Below are positions 42,631-52,672 of a DNA stretch of 64,000 nt, one piece after another. Each line of letters starts with the position of its first letter. Positions within the stretch are counted from its first letter, which is position 1. Under the pieces are notes generated by a model that had not been told where the DNA came from, ran no database searches, and worked only from the letters and a program-made list of their open reading frames with translations. The position numbers were made by a program, and so were the translations under genes. Source of the DNA: an uncultured cyanobacterium (GTDB taxonomy: Bacteria; Cyanobacteriota; Cyanobacteriia; Cyanobacteriales; Nostocaceae); assembly GCA_963706595.1 (NCBI GenBank), contig OY970166.1:3168001-3232000 (forward strand). The letters run 5' to 3'.

Positions 42631-44595
42631 ATGGGAAAAGTTATTGGGATCGACTTAGGCACTACTAACAGTTGCGTCGCAGTTTTGGAAGGCGGTCAAC
42701 CACTTGTGATCTCCAACACTGAAGGGGGACGTACTACACCTAGTATTGTGGGATTTGGCAAGGGCGGCGTTCGCTTAGTCGGTCAGCTGGCAAAGCGCCA
42801 AGCCGTAACTAATGCTGAAAACACAATTTATAGTATCAAGCGATTTATCGGTCGTCGCTGGGAAGATACTCAAACAGAACGCACTCGCGTACCTTATGTC
42901 TGTATCAAAGGTCGCGACGATACGGTTGATGTCCAAATTCGCGGACGTAACTACACACCCCAAGAACTATCCGCTATGGTTCTGCAAAAACTCAAGCAGG
43001 ATGCAGAAAGTTTTTTGGGTGAAGAAGTAACTCAGGCAGTAATTACCGTACCAGCATATTTCACAGATGCTCAAAGACAAGCAACTAAAGATGCTGGTAC
43101 TATTGCTGGACTTGAAGTTCTCCGAATTATCAATGAACCAACTGCTGCGGCTTTAGCCTTTGGTTTAGAAAAGCAAGACCAAGAGCAGGTAATTTTAGTA
43201 TTTGACTTAGGCGGCGGTACTTTCGATGTCTCCATCCTTCAACTTGGAGATGGAGTTTTTGAAGTTAAGGCCACTTGTGGTAACAACCACTTGGGCGGAG
43301 ATGACTTTGATAACTCAATCGTCAACTGGATGATTAAACGTTTCCAGCAACAAGAGAACCTCGACCTTTCCCCCGATAAAATGGCACTGCAACGTCTGCG
43401 GGAAGCAGCAGAAAAAGCCAAAATTGAACTTTCTCATCTGGCGAGTACTTCCATTAACTTGCCATTTATCACTGCCGATCAGACTGGGCCAAAACATCTG
43501 GAAATGGAACTCAATCGCGCTCAATTTGAAGAGATGTCAGGGACTTTAATTGAAGCTACCATTGAGCCGATGATTCAAGCGCTTAAAGACGCAAACCTGC
43601 AAACACAAGATATAGATCGGATTATTTTGGTAGGTGGTTCCACCCGGATTCCCGCAGTCCAAAATGCCCTGATCAAGTTTTTTAACGGTAAAGCCCCCGA
43701 TCGCTCTATTAATCCAGATGAGGCAGTAGCCCTTGGTGCAGCAATTCAAGCTGGGGTACTCAGTGGCGAGGTCGATAATCTGCTGCTATTGGATGTCACT
43801 CCCCTATCCCTGGGAATTGAAACTTTGGGAGAGGTGTTTACAAAAATTATTGAACGTAATACCACAATTCCCACGAGTAAATCTCAAGTTTTTTCCACAG
43901 CAGTTGATGGACAAACCTCAGTGGAAATTCACGTCCTCCAGGGAGAAAGGGCAATGGCAAAGGATAACAAAAGTTTGGGTAAATTTCTGCTGGCAGGAAT
44001 TCCGCCATCTCCCCGTGGCGTTCCCCAAATAGAAGTATCTTTTGAAATTGATGTTAACGGTATCCTCAACGTTGCAGCCCAAGACAAAGGTACTGGTCGA
44101 GAGCAAAGTATTCGGATTACCAATACAGGCGGTTTGAATAGCAGCGAAATCGAACGGATGCAGCAAGAAGCCGAAGTATTTGCCGAAGAAGATAAAAAAC
44201 GGAAAAAACTGGTTGATCTCAAAAACCAAGCCGATAATTTGCTGTTTAGTTACGAATCGACGCTTAAGGATAATGGTGACTTTATTGGTGAGCAGATGAA
44301 AGCTTTAGCCAACGAAAAAGTGCTTCAACTCCAAGCCGTAATGGCTAATCCCAGCACTTCGCTCACAGAGTTTCAGCAGTGCTTAGATGACTTCCAGCAG
44401 ACTTTGTTTGCCATTGGTGCTGATGTATACAACCGAGCTAATGACCAAGAAGGTGGTGAGGAACTTGAAGAAGTTTCAGAAACTTTGTTGACTTCAGAAT
44501 TAGAGCAACCGATAAATGAAACACCAATACCACAATTCAACTTTGATTTTGATGACGAAATTACAGCACAGGCTGATTATGAAGCCATAGATTAG
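42631..44595 (+). CDS. dnaK: Chaperone DnaK
   Basis: [30 protein letters not shown]. Confidence 0.97.
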   Translation: MGKVIGIDLGTTNSCVAVLEGGQPLVISNTEGGRTTPSIVGFGKGGVRLVGQLAKRQAVTNAENTIYSIKRFIGRRWEDTQTERTRVPYVCIKGRDDTVDVQIRGRNYTPQELSAMVLQKLKQDAESFLGEEVTQAVITVPAYFTDAQRQATKDAGTIAGLEVLRIINEPTAAALAFGLEKQDQEQVILVFDLGGGTFDVSILQLGDGVFEVKATCGNNHLGGDDFDNSIVNWMIKRFQQQENLDLSPDKMALQRLREAAEKAKIELSHLASTSINLPFITADQTGPKHLEMELNRAQFEEMSGTLIEATIEPMIQALKDANLQTQDIDRIILVGGSTRIPAVQNALIKFFNGKAPDRSINPDEAVALGAAIQAGVLSGEVDNLLLLDVTPLSLGIETLGEVFTKIIERNTTIPTSKSQVFSTAVDGQTSVEIHVLQGERAMAKDNKSLGKFLLAGIPPSPRGVPQIEVSFEIDVNGILNVAAQDKGTGREQSIRITNTGGLNSSEIERMQQEAEVFAEEDKKRKKLVDLKNQADNLLFSYESTLKDNGDFIGEQMKALANEKVLQLQAVMANPSTSLTEFQQCLDDFQQTLFAIGADVYNRANDQEGGEELEEVSETLLTSELEQPINETPIPQFNFDFDDEITAQADYEAID

Positions 44596-45198
44596 TCAAG
44601 AGTGATTTCTCTACTCCCTCCACACCGCCCTACGGGTCGGATTTGGGGCTGCTTTTCGTTTTAGCTAAATTGTCGAAGCGAATTGCCGTGGGCTAGATCA
44701 AGCACCAGTACAAATGCAATCAAATGCAGATGGGAGGTTTTCCGCACCTAATTGTGCGGCTAGCTCCTATAGTTAATGAATAGGGATTTACCCTGGCAAG
44801 TAGCACAATTGTAAGAGAGACAGTCTATGTGCCTAATCTTGGCTGCTGTTGTTGTCGCTCATGAGGACAGCAACTGTTGCTTTAAACTTGCTGGTGATTT
44901 TTGCGAAAGGTGAAAGGTAAAAGGTAAAATTAATATTATATTTTTAATAAAAATTTACTTTTTCTTTCTGCCTAGCTTCCGGCAAGCCGCCCTCCAAAGA
45001 ACACTACCTTACCCAAAGAAGTCACCTGAGCGAGTTTGAGTTCGCCCAAGGGTTAACAACAGGAGTAAATCCTATTGTCCTGACAGGCATACTTTTATGA
45101 GTAGCCGCTCCTCAAGAATATGACTTACCGTAGGATAGCAAGTGTTCGTGGCGTTTATTGCCTTCTACTTTCTTCCTCCTAACTTTTACCTTTGCTAT

Positions 45199-46338
45199 AT
45201 GGCCCGCGACTATTATGAAATTCTGGGTGTCTCTCGTGACGCCGAAAAAGAAGACATCAAACAAGCCTACCGCCGTTTAGCCCGGAAGTATCACCCAGAT
45301 GTGAACAAAGAACCGGGAGCGGAAGATCGGTTTAAGGAAATTAACCGCGCTTATGAAGTGCTTTCTGAGCCAGAGATTCGAGAACGTTATAACCGTTTTG
45401 GTGAAGCTGGTGTTTCAGGTGCTGCTGCGGCTGGCGCAGGTTTCCAAGACATGGGCGATATGGGCGGCTTTGCCGATATCTTTGAAAGTATTTTTAGTGG
45501 CTTCGCTGGTGGCGGTATGGGTGGTCCGACCACGCAACGACGGCGCAGTGGTCCTGTGCGGGGCGACGACTTAAGGCTAGACCTGAAATTAGACTTTCGA
45601 GAAGCGGTATTTGGCGGCGAAAAAGAAATTCGCATTTCCCATTTAGAGGTCTGTGATGCCTGTGGTGGTTCAGGTGCTAAAGCCGGGACTCGTCCTCGTA
45701 CTTGTTCGACTTGTGGCGGTTCGGGTCAAGTCCGTCGTGTGACTAGAACTCCTTTTGGTAGCTTTACTCAAGTCTCAACTTGTCCCACCTGTAACGGTAC
45801 GGGAATGGTGATTGAAGACAAATGTGATGCTTGTGATGGTAAGGGGACAAATCAAGTCCCTAAAAAACTAAAAATTAACATTCCGGCTGGGGTGGATAAT
45901 GGTACACGCTTGCGGATCTCCCAAGAAGGGGATGCTGGTCAGCGTGGTGGTCCTCCTGGTGATTTGTATGTCTACTTATTTGTCAATGAAGATGAAGAAT
46001 TCCAACGGGATGGCATTAATGTTCTTTCGGAAATTAAAGTTAGCTATCTGCAAGCAATTTTAGGTTGCCGTTTAGAAGTAGAAACGGTAGACGGTCCAGT
46101 AGAACTGATTATCCCTGCCGGAACTCAGCCGAATACAGTCATGAAGTTGGAAAATCGGGGTGTACCTCGCTTAGGAAATCCTGTCAGTCGCGGAGACCAT
46201 TTGCTGACACTATTAATTGACATTCCTACTAAGGTGACTCCGGAGGAAAGAGAATTGCTGGAGAAGCTGGCTAAAATTAAGGGAGACCGGACTGGTAAAG
46301 GTGGTCTAGAAGGATTCTTGGGAAATCTGTTTAAGTAG
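45199..46338 (+). CDS. dnaJ: Chaperone DnaJ
   Basis: [13 protein letters not shown] region, four CxxCxGxG; start ATG 45199. Confidence 0.97.
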   Translation: MARDYYEILGVSRDAEKEDIKQAYRRLARKYHPDVNKEPGAEDRFKEINRAYEVLSEPEIRERYNRFGEAGVSGAAAAGAGFQDMGDMGGFADIFESIFSGFAGGGMGGPTTQRRRSGPVRGDDLRLDLKLDFREAVFGGEKEIRISHLEVCDACGGSGAKAGTRPRTCSTCGGSGQVRRVTRTPFGSFTQVSTCPTCNGTGMVIEDKCDACDGKGTNQVPKKLKINIPAGVDNGTRLRISQEGDAGQRGGPPGDLYVYLFVNEDEEFQRDGINVLSEIKVSYLQAILGCRLEVETVDGPVELIIPAGTQPNTVMKLENRGVPRLGNPVSRGDHLLTLLIDIPTKVTPEERELLEKLAKIKGDRTGKGGLEGFLGNLFK

Positions 46339-47772
46339 TAAACTACCTACACCGATTTGTCCTTCCCAAATGCGGAGTAGGCTTTGTCCCAGATTTCGCC
46401 ACGAGTCGGAAACAAGCTAAGTTGTTCTTCCAACAAGCAAGCAATCCCCGGAACTTCAGGGTTGTTTACAGAAACCCCCAAAGCTGAAATGTTTAGCGCG
46501 GCATTAATATCAGCGTCATGTTCAAAACCACAATGCCCACACTTAAAAGACTTGTTAAAACGATACGACTTACCTTTTACGGGGTGTACGTGGTGACACC
46601 TCGTTCGCGTAGCGTGCGCTTTGCGCTTACAAGTCTGACTGGTATAGGCAGGTGGGACAAAAACAACCGGAACACCAGCGATATTTGCCTTGTAATTAAC
46701 AAACAACCGCAACTGGTAAAAAGCCCAATTATTGGTTCTACGGCGTTCAGCTTTGCTTCTAGGTTGCTGGTTGAGCGATTTTCTGATATTAGTCAAGTCT
46801 TCAAATGCCAAAGCAGAGTTACTTTGTTTGGCATCTTGAACAAGTTGCTTCGAGATATTGTGATTCAACCACTTTTGGAACCTTTGTTCTCTCCCAGAGA
46901 GCCTTCTCAACAGCTTCCTAGAACTGCGAGTGCGTTTGGATTGAACATTAGCTCTGACTTTACTGTATCGGTCACGAGTGTTTTGAATCTGTTTACCACT
47001 CCAAGAGTCACCATTGGAAGTGGTGGCTATGTTGCGCCTGCCGATATCGACCCCAATCACCTTGGGTGTTTTACCTGTGGGGCTGGTGGGCAAAACAACA
47101 CAGATGTTGATGTAGTAGTCGCCGTGCTTCGTTTTGTTGAGAGTAGCAGCCGTTGGGGATTGCCCTTTAAGCAATGCCAACTGGTAGTTACCAATACTCA
47201 ACTTAAACTTTTTGCGACCACACATCAAAGTAACGCTCACAGTTTGCAGTTCTTCCAAATACTGAAAAGTCCGAGCATCCAAGCTCAAAGATGTTGGTCT
47301 GAACTTGTGGACTTGTTTAACTGCTTTAGCGTTACCAATCACACGACGGATAGCTTGGCAGACATGATTTGCTTTAATGCCCGTAGATGCGCGTACTGGC
47401 TGATAAACCAAGTGGTGAAGCTTGGTAGTATTCCAGCATTTTTCACGTTTTGCCACCTCCAATATCTGATTGCAAGCGTCAGCGAATCCCTGCAAGGTGC
47501 GGTCTATTTCAGAGCGCAACTCTACGGGGACTTGAATCTTGCATTTTACCGATATTGTTTGCATTGCACTGGTGTCAAAACTCATCCAATCATATCAGAA
47601 AACCCAATGCACAAGCTAGTTGCTAACGAAATATTTGCTAATTGCTTAACTGTCCCCCTCGTTGTTTGTGCTAAAGCACAAATTCACTCAAGGGACGTTT
47701 TGCAATTAGCCCTCCATTCCTCTGTCCACCAAACTGAGTACAGTTTTGGTGGGAGTCTACTGGAGGCTTGAG
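46338..47772 (-). mobile_element. IS200/IS605-family (IS1341-like, tnpB-only) element
   Basis: Left-end hairpin CCACCAAAACTG-TACT-CAGTTTGGTGG near 47727-47752; right end ..GGTGTAGGTAGTTTAC; removal restores TAATG at the dnaJ/tusA-like junction. Confidence 0.8.
46347..47585 (-). CDS. tnpB: RNA-guided endonuclease TnpB
   Basis: RuvC motifs VIGVDIG, AFEDL, DADINAALNI; Zn finger carrying an 8-aa insertion. Confidence 0.92.
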   Translation of the reverse strand: MSFDTSAMQTISVKCKIQVPVELRSEIDRTLQGFADACNQILEVAKREKCWNTTKLHHLVYQPVRASTGIKANHVCQAIRRVIGNAKAVKQVHKFRPTSLSLDARTFQYLEELQTVSVTLMCGRKKFKLSIGNYQLALLKGQSPTAATLNKTKHGDYYINICVVLPTSPTGKTPKVIGVDIGRRNIATTSNGDSWSGKQIQNTRDRYSKVRANVQSKRTRSSRKLLRRLSGREQRFQKWLNHNISKQLVQDAKQSNSALAFEDLTNIRKSLNQQPRSKAERRRTNNWAFYQLRLFVNYKANIAGVPVVFVPPAYTSQTCKRKAHATRTRCHHVHPVKGKSYRFNKSFKCGHCGFEHDADINAALNISALGVSVNNPEVPGIACLLEEQLSLFPTRGEIWDKAYSAFGKDKSV

Positions 47773-48030
47773 ATGAATTCCTTTGACCTTTCAACTCCCA
47801 ATGCTCAACTTGACTTGCGCGGCACTCCTTGCCCGATTAATTTTGTGCGGACAAAATTATGTTTGGAAAAAATGCTGCCTGGAGGTTTGCTCGAAGTCTG
47901 GCTAGATTCTGGAGAACCGATTGAGCAAGTTCCCGATAGCTTGATGATGGCAGGTTATCAGGTTGAGCAAATTACAGATTGCATGGGCTATTTTTCTTTG
48001 TTGGTACGCCGTCCTGTTACTGCCCAATGA
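47773..48030 (+). CDS. TusA/SirA-family sulfurtransferase
   Basis: LDLRGTPCP motif; start ATG 47773. Confidence 0.88.
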   Translation: MNSFDLSTPNAQLDLRGTPCPINFVRTKLCLEKMLPGGLLEVWLDSGEPIEQVPDSLMMAGYQVEQITDCMGYFSLLVRRPVTAQ

Positions 48031-49139
48031 CAACAGTGGAAACTATGTCTACTAATGGACAGTTACTCGGTACGGTGCTAGCCGTGCAAGCCAATTTTTA
48101 TCGCGTGCAGATGGATGTAGATGACAAAAATATCAGGGTACAGGGTGACAAGGCAGATGTTTACCCACTCCCTACTCCCCCTATGCTTCTCTGCACCCGC
48201 AGAACTCGGTTAAAAAAAATCGGGCAACAGGTGATGGTGGGCGATCGCGTCATTGTTTCAGAGCCAGATTGGTCTGGTGGTAGGGGAGCAATTTCTGATG
48301 TTCTACCTCGTCAAAGCTTATTAGACCGTCCCGCGATCGCCAATGTTGACCAAATTCTCCTAGCATTTGCGGTGACAGATCCACCTCTGGAACCTTATCA
48401 ATTAAGTCGATTTCTGCTCAAGGCTGAGTCTACTGGTGTGGATGTGCTTTTATGCCTGAATAAAAGTGATTTAATCTCACCACAGGTACAAGAAAAAATT
48501 AGCGATCGCCTGCTGGGTTGGGGCTATCAACCGCTATTTATTAGCGTCCAAAACAGCATCAAGATTGCAGAATTAAGTAACTATCTAAATAATAAAATTA
48601 CTGTCATTGCTGGACCTTCCGGTGTGGGAAAATCTAGCCTGATTAATCTGCTGATACCCACTCTTAACCTGCGAGTGGGGGAAGTTTCAGGCAAACTAGC
48701 ACGAGGTCGCCATACAACGCGCCATACAGAATTATTTGAATTGCCTGGGGGTGGTTTGCTGGCAGATACTCCCGGCTTTAATCAACCTGATTTAAATTCT
48801 CGCCCCGAAGAATTAATTTATTATTTCCCCGAAGCCAGAAAACGGTTAGCAGTGGCTAGCTGTAGATTTAGTGACTGTTCGCATCGAGACGAGCCTGATT
48901 GTGTGGTGCGGGGCGACTGGGAAAGATACGAACATTACTTGGAATTTTTAGCCCAGGCGATCGCCCTTCAAACGCACCTGCATCAACAAGCCGACCCCGA
49001 ATCAACCATGAAAATCAAAAGTAAAGGTAAGGGTAAGCAGCAGTATGAACCCAAGCTAGAAAGTAAAAAATATCGTCGCGTCTCGCGGAAAACACAGTTG
49101 CAAGAGTTAGAACAATTGTATAAAGAAGCGGAAGATTAA
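48027..49139 (+). CDS. rsgA: Small ribosomal subunit GTPase RsgA
   Basis: NKSD, GPSGVGKSS, GRHTT, DTPG, C.F.DC.H..EP.C; ATGA overlap at 48027. Confidence 0.95.
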   Translation: MTTVETMSTNGQLLGTVLAVQANFYRVQMDVDDKNIRVQGDKADVYPLPTPPMLLCTRRTRLKKIGQQVMVGDRVIVSEPDWSGGRGAISDVLPRQSLLDRPAIANVDQILLAFAVTDPPLEPYQLSRFLLKAESTGVDVLLCLNKSDLISPQVQEKISDRLLGWGYQPLFISVQNSIKIAELSNYLNNKITVIAGPSGVGKSSLINLLIPTLNLRVGEVSGKLARGRHTTRHTELFELPGGGLLADTPGFNQPDLNSRPEELIYYFPEARKRLAVASCRFSDCSHRDEPDCVVRGDWERYEHYLEFLAQAIALQTHLHQQADPESTMKIKSKGKGKQQYEPKLESKKYRRVSRKTQLQELEQLYKEAED

Positions 49140-49182
49140 ATCAGTGATCAGTGATCAAGGGATAAGATGGGGGATTTAGATG

Positions 49183-49307
49183 AGGGGCTTCTAAGAAATA
49201 AATTATCCAGATAAACGAACCACAGAGACACAGAGAACACAGATTTATGAGGGCTTGAGAGGTTTTTTGGGTTAAACGATTGAGTATTTTTTTATTTGTA
49301 AGTCCCT
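49183..49307. mobile_element. MITE with AGGG(A/G)CTT..AAATAAA TIRs
   Basis: aggggcttctaagaaataaa / tttatttgtaagtccct. Confidence 0.6.
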
Positions 49308-49540
49308 TAGCCACCGAAGCTTAACACTCATTGGCTTTCAGTTTTCCGTTAACGCCGATGTCGTGGAGGAAATCAACAGCTAGAACCAAAACCTCAACGG
49401 TCTGGAAAAAACCATAGTTAAATATCTTAACAATATAGCCCGCTAGAAAACTACAGTCACGCACCCCATAAAGTCTTAAAATATTGTTAATTTCGCCAAA
49501 CCCTCGTTATTAAACTGACAAGTACTACCCTAAAATCACT

Positions 49541-51133
49541 ATGGCTATCGGCTACGTCGCGCTTGTACTTCATGCACATCTGCCCTTCGTTCGTCACCCA
49601 GAAAGTGACTATGTGTTGGAAGAAGAATGGCTTTATGAAGCCATCACCGAAACATACATTCCATTATTAAAAGTATTTGAGGGCTTAAAGCGAGACGGGA
49701 TCGACTTTAAAATCACCATGAGTATGACACCGCCACTAGTGTCCATGCTCCGTGACCCTCTACTGCAAGAACGCTATGACGCGCACTTAGCCCAACTAGA
49801 AGAACTTATAGAACTGGAAATTGAGCGTAATGTCAAAAATGGGCATCTTCGTTATTTAGCGGAACATTACGCTACTGAGTTTAACGAAGCGCGTCAGATA
49901 TGGGAACACTACAAAGGTGACTTAATCACAGGTTTTAAGAAGTTTCAAGATAGTAATAACTTAGAAATTATCACTTGTGGTGCTACTCACGGCTATCTAC
50001 CCCTGATGAAAATGTATCCACAAGCTGTGTGGGCGCAAATTCAGGTAGCTTGTGAACACTACGAGCAAACCTTTGGCAAAGCCCCCAGAGGGATTTGGTT
50101 GCCAGAATGCGCTTACTATGAAGGTGTGGAGCGAATGCTGGCGGATGCTGGTTTACGCTATTTCCTCACTGATGGACATGGGATATTATACGCCCGTCCT
50201 CGCCCCCGCTTTGGTACTTACGCGCCGATTTTTACAGAACCTGGTGTTGCGGCTTTTGGTCGAGACCATGAATCTTCGCAGCAGGTATGGTCTTCTGAAG
50301 TGGGCTATCCCGGTGCAGCCGAATATCGGGAATTTTACAAAGATTTGGGCTGGGAAGCCGAATATGAGTACATTAAGCCCTACATCATGCCCAATGGTCA
50401 GCGCAAAAACACGGGCATTAAGTATCACAAAATTACTGGTCGTGGTTTAGGGCTTTCCGATAAAGCACTCTATGATCCTTATTGGGCGAGAGAAAAGGCG
50501 GCAGAACACGCTGCTAACTTTATGTATAACCGGGAACGTCAAGTTGAGCATTTAAATGGGATTATGGGTCGCCCGCCCATTATTGTGTCGCCTTATGATG
50601 CCGAGTTATTTGGTCACTGGTGGTATGAAGGACCCTGGTTCATTGATTACCTGTTCCGGAAATCATGGCATGACCAAGGAACATATCAAATGGCTCATCT
50701 GGCTGATTATTTGCAGACAGAACCAACTCAGCAAGTTTGTCGCCCTTCGCAGTCGAGTTGGGGCTACAAGGGTTTCCATGAGTATTGGTTGAATGAAACA
50801 AATGCTTGGATTTATCCACATTTACACAAAGCAACCGAACGCATGATTGAAATATCGCACATAGAAGCTGAAGATGAATTGCAGGAAAAAGCGCTCAACC
50901 AAGCGGCGCGGGAACTTTTACTAGCACAATCTTCTGACTGGGCTTTTATTATGCGGACAGGAACTATGGTTCCCTATGCTGTGAGAAGAACGCGATCGCA
51001 CCTGATGCGGTTTAATAAGCTCTACGAAGATGTTAAAGTCGGTAAGGTCGATAGTGGCTGGCTGGAAAAGGTGGAATTAATGGATAACATTTTCCCTGAA
51101 CTCGACTATCGAGTTTACCGTCCTTTGTCATAG
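49541..51133 (+). CDS. Glycoside hydrolase family 57 (branching enzyme-like, DUF1957)
   Basis: HAHLP, GIWLPEC, YDAELFGHWWYEG, QSSDW. Confidence 0.93.
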   Translation: MAIGYVALVLHAHLPFVRHPESDYVLEEEWLYEAITETYIPLLKVFEGLKRDGIDFKITMSMTPPLVSMLRDPLLQERYDAHLAQLEELIELEIERNVKNGHLRYLAEHYATEFNEARQIWEHYKGDLITGFKKFQDSNNLEIITCGATHGYLPLMKMYPQAVWAQIQVACEHYEQTFGKAPRGIWLPECAYYEGVERMLADAGLRYFLTDGHGILYARPRPRFGTYAPIFTEPGVAAFGRDHESSQQVWSSEVGYPGAAEYREFYKDLGWEAEYEYIKPYIMPNGQRKNTGIKYHKITGRGLGLSDKALYDPYWAREKAAEHAANFMYNRERQVEHLNGIMGRPPIIVSPYDAELFGHWWYEGPWFIDYLFRKSWHDQGTYQMAHLADYLQTEPTQQVCRPSQSSWGYKGFHEYWLNETNAWIYPHLHKATERMIEISHIEAEDELQEKALNQAARELLLAQSSDWAFIMRTGTMVPYAVRRTRSHLMRFNKLYEDVKVGKVDSGWLEKVELMDNIFPELDYRVYRPLS

Positions 51134-51324
51134 TCTTTTTGCCGGTTGGGTATTCTCAATGAACTTTATACCCTTATCCCTGGCTTCTTTCAGAAGTTGG
51201 GGATTCATCTTTTGAATTCCTGCTCCCTCTCCTTACTAAGGAGAGGGTTGGGGTGAGGTTTTATTTATTTATTCTCTGCGTTAAATTGAAGTAAGTTGGG
51301 GATTTAATCCCAGGAGTAATTGCT

Positions 51325-51717
51325 ATGGATATATTGATTGAATCTACAAAAGATTTTGAACAAGATTTAGAGCAATTTAGTAATACAGAAAAATTTAAGA
51401 TTATTAAAAAACTGAATCGATATGTTGAGTTACTGTCAATAGATACAACTCTCTTTTACAAGAATAGCACGCAATTAAGAAATATTAGACTCAATGAAAA
51501 TTATGATTCTTCCATATATTCTCTGAGAATTAATGAAAAAATTAGAATTATTCTCACTATTGATGATGATCCGATTTTTGATCGGACTGTCATAACTTTA
51601 TTTAGAGCCGTTAAGCCTGAAGATGCACACAAAGCATATAATTCAGTTGCGGAAACTCTTTACCAAGACTTCACTGTAGAGAATCAAGAGTGTGAGTGTG
51701 AGGTTCATTCTAGCTAA
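51325..51717 (+). CDS. RelE/ParE-fold-like protein
   Basis: ILIESTKDFEQDLEQF..KIIKKL helix pair and IYSLRINEKIRIIL strands. Confidence 0.6.
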   Translation: MDILIESTKDFEQDLEQFSNTEKFKIIKKLNRYVELLSIDTTLFYKNSTQLRNIRLNENYDSSIYSLRINEKIRIILTIDDDPIFDRTVITLFRAVKPEDAHKAYNSVAETLYQDFTVENQECECEVHSS

Positions 51718-52049
51718 TGGCACAAATCAAGCCTCTTTTAGATGAATATGGTGTGATTCATGAAGCAATTAAAATTTTACCCGATGAGTTAAAAGTTGAT
51801 TTTCTTCAAGCTTTAGCCGAACTAGAAGATAATGAGTGTCATCGAACTAGAAGTTTTCCTAAAACCAGACTGCATAAAGTTACAGGTATTAAGCAAGCAA
51901 TATACAGAGCCGATATCGATAAAATATCAGGTTGGCGCATCCATATTCAATATATTGAAGGAAAAATACATTTAAAAGACATCATTGAAGGTCAACAACA
52001 TGATGATGTGATTAAAGTTATTAAGTCAAAGAAGGATAGATATGAGTAA
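51717..52049 (+). CDS. RelE/ParE-fold-like protein
   Basis: LHKVTG..AIYRADIDKISGWRIHIQY...HDD; TAATG overlap with the upstream gene. Confidence 0.55.
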   Translation: MAQIKPLLDEYGVIHEAIKILPDELKVDFLQALAELEDNECHRTRSFPKTRLHKVTGIKQAIYRADIDKISGWRIHIQYIEGKIHLKDIIEGQQHDDVIKVIKSKKDRYE

Positions 52050-52085
52050 TTCGTAATATTTACTAGATTATTGGGGTGAGAATTT

Positions 52086-52191
52086 ATATAGCGGTTCTCG
52101 GTTGAGTGAGATATAAAAACCCCACCCCCAACCCCCTCCCCGCAAGCGAGGAGGGGGCTATGATATAATTCATTTAAGTGCATACCGCTAT
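52086..52191. mobile_element. MITE with TATAGCGGT / ACCGCTATA TIRs containing the CCCCACCCCCAACC REP
   Basis: Inverted termini visible; the right TIR contains the NUDIX stop codon. Confidence 0.7.
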
Positions 52192-52619
52192 AAGTAGGCA
52201 AAAAACCCTTCTGGGACTAATCTTAGTTTATCAGATTTAAATTCAGCAATATCTACCCAGAGTGCTTGATGTTGATGGTTTTTTGATTCAGAAAATATTA
52301 AGCTTTCTAGTTGATAGAATTTGGAATCAACGAAATCACATTCATAAAGTTGAATAATTTCGTGTCCTTGCTTACCGTTACAAATAAATATACTTTCTAT
52401 GCAACCTAGATAGTTAATATTTGTTAAATCTGCTTGAATTTCTTCTTGAAATTCTCTTTTTAAAGCAGCTTCGCTAGTTTCGCCAAAGTCAACTCCACCA
52501 CCTAAAGCGCGATAGTAAGTTTCTTGTTTGAGGGAATCGTAGCCTTCAGAAACAAAAATGCGTCCGCCATCCCGGATCAATCCTAAAGCTAATACCCGAA
52601 TTTTTCCTAGTTTGCTCAT
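52188..52619 (-). CDS. NUDIX hydrolase
   Basis: GGVDFGETSEAALKREFQEE Nudix box. Confidence 0.9.
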   Translation of the reverse strand: MSKLGKIRVLALGLIRDGGRIFVSEGYDSLKQETYYRALGGGVDFGETSEAALKREFQEEIQADLTNINYLGCIESIFICNGKQGHEIIQLYECDFVDSKFYQLESLIFSESKNHQHQALWVDIAEFKSDKLRLVPEGFFAYL

Positions 52620-52672
52620 CTAAAAATCTCCGGGAGTGTGGAAAACGTGTGTTTTAAAGCTTAGGTATACAG

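Noticed and set aside
42775..44229. Short ORFs overlapping dnaK (likewise those over plsX, pepA, flotillin, pilB/T and icd)
   Set aside because: Shadow frames of well-supported conserved genes.
44981..45162. Assignment as 6S RNA (ssaA)
   Set aside because: Size and rod shape fit, but I recognise no 6S sequence and the context is not the one I associate with cyanobacterial 6S. Kept only as an unassigned structured RNA.
46518..47771. 417-aa ORF antisense to tnpB
   Set aside because: No recognisable motifs; it shadows the tnpB frame and has a weak start codon. Most likely an antisense shadow ORF.
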